Shown: positions 60,868 through 64,000 of the stretch, in pieces
Layout: each line of letters begins with the position of its first letter
Position numbering within the stretch: position 1 is the first letter of the stretch
DNA from: Candidatus Poriferihabitans sp.
GTDB taxonomy: Bacteria; Pseudomonadota; Gammaproteobacteria; Arenicellales; Poriferihabitantaceae
Direction of reading: 5' to 3'
Assembly: GCA_965220975.1 (NCBI GenBank)
Contig: OZ244855.1
Location: 912,954 to 976,953 of the forward strand
DNA length: 64,000 bases
Translations under genes and position numbers: made by a program
The notes under the pieces: model-generated
What the model was told of the DNA's origin: nothing
Databases searched by the model: none
What the model saw: the letters and a program-made list of their open reading frames with translations, nothing else

Positions 60868-62097
60868 TCAAGCCACTTCACATATCTTTTCACGGATCAA
60901 AGGGGTATCCAACGATAACGCCCCTCCCCGTGCAGATGCCCCAATCCCGGAGGCCAGTATGTTGCGGGCCGCGTTCAGGTCCGCGTTTTCGGCATGGCCA
61001 CAGACCACGCACCTGAACACCGCTTGCGATGTTCGATTCTCCTTGCTGACATGACCGCAGGCACTGCACGCCTGCGACGTGTAGGCCGGGTTGATCCTGA
61101 TGACCTCTGCCTTGTATTCCAGTTTCTGCTCCAGTCCGTACCAGCCGGTCTTCAGGATTTCGCGATTCAGTCCCGACCTGGCCTTTACGTTCTTGCCCGG
61201 ATTGTCGATAGTTCCCTTCGCCGATTTGGTCATGCCTTGCGTGTTCAGGTCTTCCAGCACCACCAGTCCTGCATTGTCGGCAATCTCGCGGCTGACCTGA
61301 TGCTGCCAGTTGTCCCTGGTTTTTTTTAGATGCCGGAAGCATTTCTGCAACTTGAGCCTGGTCCTGTATCTGCGTCTTGAACCCTTGACCTGTCGGGCAA
61401 GCTTTCGTTGATACCTCTTTCTCCTCGCTTCCTTTTTCGCCATATCTGGCATATGGTATAGATTGCTATTGTTATCCGTATCGACCACTGCAATTTGCCG
61501 TACATTGCGGTCAACCCCTGCCGTGTTCGGATTGTCGTTGAAGGAAACCTCAACCTCATAACAGACAACCGCATACCATTTACCCGCTTTCTTGGTGATG
61601 ACTGCTTTTACTGGCTTTCCAGTTGGATAAGGATTGCCACCCTTTCTTTGAATACGCAGCCAGCCGATCTTTGGGACATGCAGTTTGCCGTCCTGTATCT
61701 TGATCTTTTCAGGAATCGTGAACGAAGGATCATTACCATGTCTGGACTTGAACTTCGGAAAGCCCTTGCCCGACTGGAAACAGGCCTTCCACGCGTCAGA
61801 TTGATACTTGAGAACAGATCGAGTGATCGCATATGAATACTCGTCAAGCCAGTCAATCTCCTTGCGCAATTTCGTAAACTGAACACCCAGCGAAAAGAAG
61901 GATGTCTTCGGCTTGGCGGCCAACTCCGGATAACGCTTCCACAACTCCATCATTTCCTTGTTTCGCCCCAGGAAGTGATTCCAGACAAAACGGCAAGCAC
62001 CTGCCTGACCTGCAAGCTTGCGAGCTTTCGATTCCGAACCCGGAATCAGGCGGTAGGTGATGTTGCGGTATGCGGTACAATCGCTCATGCGGTTCAA
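60868..62097 (-). CDS. tnpB: TnpB (IS200/IS605-family OrfB, RuvC-like RNA-guided endonuclease family), apparently intact
   Basis: 409 aa with the RuvC triad candidates GVDRN, VLEDL and ADLNAARNI and a zinc ribbon CSACGH...CVVCGH. No tnpA lies nearby. Confidence 0.88.
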   Translation of the reverse strand: MNRMSDCTAYRNITYRLIPGSESKARKLAGQAGACRFVWNHFLGRNKEMMELWKRYPELAAKPKTSFFSLGVQFTKLRKEIDWLDEYSYAITRSVLKYQSDAWKACFQSGKGFPKFKSRHGNDPSFTIPEKIKIQDGKLHVPKIGWLRIQRKGGNPYPTGKPVKAVITKKAGKWYAVVCYEVEVSFNDNPNTAGVDRNVRQIAVVDTDNNSNLYHMPDMAKKEARRKRYQRKLARQVKGSRRRYRTRLKLQKCFRHLKKTRDNWQHQVSREIADNAGLVVLEDLNTQGMTKSAKGTIDNPGKNVKARSGLNREILKTGWYGLEQKLEYKAEVIRINPAYTSQACSACGHVSKENRTSQAVFRCVVCGHAENADLNAARNILASGIGASARGGALSLDTPLIREKICEVA

Positions 62098-62193
62098 CCT
62101 TACTCTCTTAAGTGTTGATTTGGATATAGGAGCGTTAATCCCATATCACGCATCATATGCAATTTTACAGGCATGGTCAAATGTTACTTATGT

Positions 62194-62358
62194 CCCTAAT
62201 CCTTAAATAGAAATTGCTTTATTTGGCGCAAGGCATGATGGACTGTGGATTTTGGGCTGGAATCAGAATCATCCATTGGGTGAAAAGCCAACCCGTTCGA
62301 AAACCACACCACACAAGGCGTTGGAAGTACTTTCAAATTTTCTATTTAAGGATTAGGG
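62194..62358. mobile_element. 165-bp MITE with about 22-bp TIRs and a 5-bp TSD, inserted in the right TIR of the TnpB element
   Basis: CCCTAATCCTTAAATAGAAATT (62194...) matches the rc of ...AATTTTCTATTTAAGGATTAGGG (to 62358). TATGT lies at 62189-62193 and 62359-62363. No coding capacity. Confidence 0.75.
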
Positions 62359-62696
62359 TATGTATATAATTCCCAAACATAACCTCTGGACTTGCCGAAC
62401 TATCCGTATTGCAAGATTGGTTCAAGAACAATATCTGCGAGATTCTTCGTGAGACTGCAATTCATCAGAAGGATCTGAAGCAATGCGATTACCCGCCCCC
62501 ATAAGACTAAAACGACTGTTATTTCAGTATTCTCCTGCTTCAATTCGTTGGCAATAAGGGTGTTAGCTACGTCTTGGTTGATGCTGGAACATTTCAATCT
62601 TGTTTTTCAAGCAAGCAATTGTCGCTTCACCTGCGCAAGAGGGGCAAGATGGTTATCGAAATACAAAACAGGCCAAGACCAGGTTTGAAAACGAGA

Positions 62697-63062
62697 CTAC
62701 CGCTTGACGGCAACATGCTTCACGATCAAATCGGCAAAAGAGGTATTTGCGCCAATGTGAGCGGTCATACTAAAGCGACTCTTGGGATAAGAATTTTTTA
62801 ATTCATCCAGAATAGCAGGCATGTCTCTTTCAACGTGATTCCCGCTCGCCAGAAAAAGTGGTACCAAGGTAATCGAATCAACTCCTCTGTTGATTAGACC
62901 TGCAGTAGCAGCTGGTATGTTTGGCTCTGCTAACTCAAGGTAGGCATGCTCTACAATCTCATAATCCAGTTCACGTCCCCGGACTGCCTCTGTTAATGCT
63001 TCAGTCTCCCGATTGCTATTCGGATTCCGGCTTCCGTGTGCTACGATCAATAATGCTTTCAT
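62697..63062 (-). CDS. CbiX/SirB-type (small) sirohydrochlorin chelatase
   Basis: 121 aa. MKALLIVAHGSRNPNSN and PLFLASGNHV are typical of CbiX(S). Overlaps the hemH stop by 4 nt. Confidence 0.75.
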   Translation of the reverse strand: MKALLIVAHGSRNPNSNRETEALTEAVRGRELDYEIVEHAYLELAEPNIPAATAGLINRGVDSITLVPLFLASGNHVERDMPAILDELKNSYPKSRFSMTAHIGANTSFADLIVKHVAVKR

Positions 63063-64000
63063 TCGAGTTTTCCGTTAATCAGTTCCACCATCATCTTGAT
63101 ATGGGGTTTGCTACTGTTCAAACAAGGGATATAGGAAAAGTTGTCACCTCCAGATTCTCGAAAAACAAGGCTATTTTCCATCGCGATCTCTTCCAGCGTC
63201 TCAAGACAATCAACGCTAAAGCCCGGACAAACAACCTGTATGGATTTCACCCCTTCTTTGCCCCATTTCTCGAGAGTTTCATCGGTATATGGCCTTAGCC
63301 ATTCGGTTGGCCCCAGCCTTGATTGAAAGGATAAGCCCCATTCATCCTCATTCAACCGGAGACGGTCGGCGATCAGTCTCGCCGTTTTGTGACATTGTTC
63401 GGGATAGGGATCGCCATCCTCTGCATACTTCTTTGGAATTCCATGAAATGACATCAGAAGCCGATCTGCGTGACCATGTTTTTTTTGATATCCTCGAATT
63501 GAATCGCTGACTGCATCAATATAGGAATCATGATCATGATAATCGCATATCATCTGGAAACTGCAAGACGAATGCCCTGCCTCAATAAAGCGAAGAACTT
63601 CATCCTTTACGGATGAAATGGTGGTGTACGAAAACTGTGGATACAGTCCAAGCACTACGAAGTGATCTACCCCTTGTTCAAGCAATTTTTCTAAAGCAGA
63701 GTGAATCGATGGGTTACCATACCGCATGCCTAATTCGACAGGAATGGATGGCATGCTCTCGCGTAGCAAAGCAAGTTGCCGTTGCGATTCAACCAGCAGG
63801 GGAGAACCTTCTTCAGTCCAGATCTTGCTGTAGGCATGGGCCGATCTAGCGGGCCGTGTTCTCAAGATAATGCAATTCAAAATGATCCACCATAACGGTT
63901 TCCACATTTTAATTACTCTCGTATCTGACAGAAACTGTTTGAGATAGCGACGAACATCTTCAGCCTGGGGTGAATCTGGTGTTCCAAGATTAGACAATAG
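63059..64000 (-). CDS. hemH: Ferrochelatase (5' end beyond the window)
   Basis: NLGTPDSP...VRRYLKQFLSDTRVI, LYPQFSYTT and HGIP motifs. The frame stays open to the window edge, so the TTG at 63997 is probably not the start. Confidence 0.9.
   Translation of the reverse strand, partial: LLSNLGTPDSPQAEDVRRYLKQFLSDTRVIKMWKPLWWIILNCIILRTRPARSAHAYSKIWTEEGSPLLVESQRQLALLRESMPSIPVELGMRYGNPSIHSALEKLLEQGVDHFVVLGLYPQFSYTTISSVKDEVLRFIEAGHSSCSFQMICDYHDHDSYIDAVSDSIRGYQKKHGHADRLLMSFHGIPKKYAEDGDPYPEQCHKTARLIADRLRLNEDEWGLSFQSRLGPTEWLRPYTDETLEKWGKEGVKSIQVVCPGFSVDCLETLEEIAMENSLVFRESGGDNFSYIPCLNSSKPHIKMMVELINGKLE

Larger units (their letters stand above)
60845..62374 (-). mobile_element. TnpB-only element bounded by about 24-bp TIRs and an 8-bp TSD, with a nested MITE
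   Basis: The left end GGGAATTATATACAAAAGTCACAT (60845...) matches the rc of the right end GGGAATTATATACATAAGTAACAT once the MITE is removed (22/24). The direct repeat AAACATAA lies at 60837-60844 and 62375-62382. An internal IS200/IS605-like hairpin (GATATAGGA...TCCCATATC, 62122-62146) sits upstream of tnpB. Confidence 0.7.

Noticed and set aside
62675-62700. CCAGGTTTGAAAACGAGACTACCGC near the cbiX stop resembles the TIR family motif
   Set aside because: The match is short and needs gaps. It lies partly in coding sequence and has no partner or TSD, so it is probably coincidence. The TTTGAAAATCC inside dnaJ (about 24431) is rejected for the same reason.
1-64000. Scan for CRISPR arrays, rRNA genes, retron- or DGR-like repeats, and integrase genes next to tRNA-Ser
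   Set aside because: No regularly spaced direct repeats, no rRNA-like sequence, no reverse transcriptase or tyrosine/serine recombinase ORF, and no duplicated tRNA 3' end were seen by eye.

Overview
This is a low-GC (by eye) chromosomal segment of gammaproteobacterial type, probably from a marine organism (inference from its DMSP and glycine-betaine genes). The housekeeping backbone is well conserved: tgt'-yajC-secD-secF; a riboflavin cluster ribD-[inserted ATPase]-ribE-ribB(X)-ribH followed by nusB-pgpA; icd; erpA; grpE-dnaK-dnaJ; a dinG/yoaA-like helicase; tsaB; ypjD and ffh (divergent); an RND efflux pair; sixA; recA-recX-alaS-lysC-csrA-tRNA-Ser(GCU); and cbiX-hemH'. Two metabolic modules concern methylated osmolytes. 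One is acuI-dddP (DMSP cleavage). The other holds an acyl-CoA ligase, a dmdA-like GcvT protein, an MttB-family methyltransferase, a DMGDH-like oxidoreductase and an MFS transporter. The backbone is interrupted by visibly GC-rich mobile DNA: an IS256 with a 9-bp TSD, an IS5/IS427-type element with an in-frame stop, a mosaic of IS fragments after pgpA, an intact TnpB gene, and a 165-bp MITE. The most interesting signal is a family of elements with 24-bp terminal inverted repeats (consensus GGYAGTGGCTCRGTTTGAAAATC) and 8-bp target duplications. One member (59522-60526) has no transposase. Its only cargo is a promoter, a secreted 8-cysteine protein gene and a terminator. That gene is currently out of frame because of a 17-nt homopolymer directly after the ATG. 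A paralog at 32101-32838 has an in-frame 9-nt tract at the same position, and a decayed sister element carries a 13-nt tract. No rRNA genes or CRISPR arrays were seen. All family assignments come from reading the translations, not from searches.
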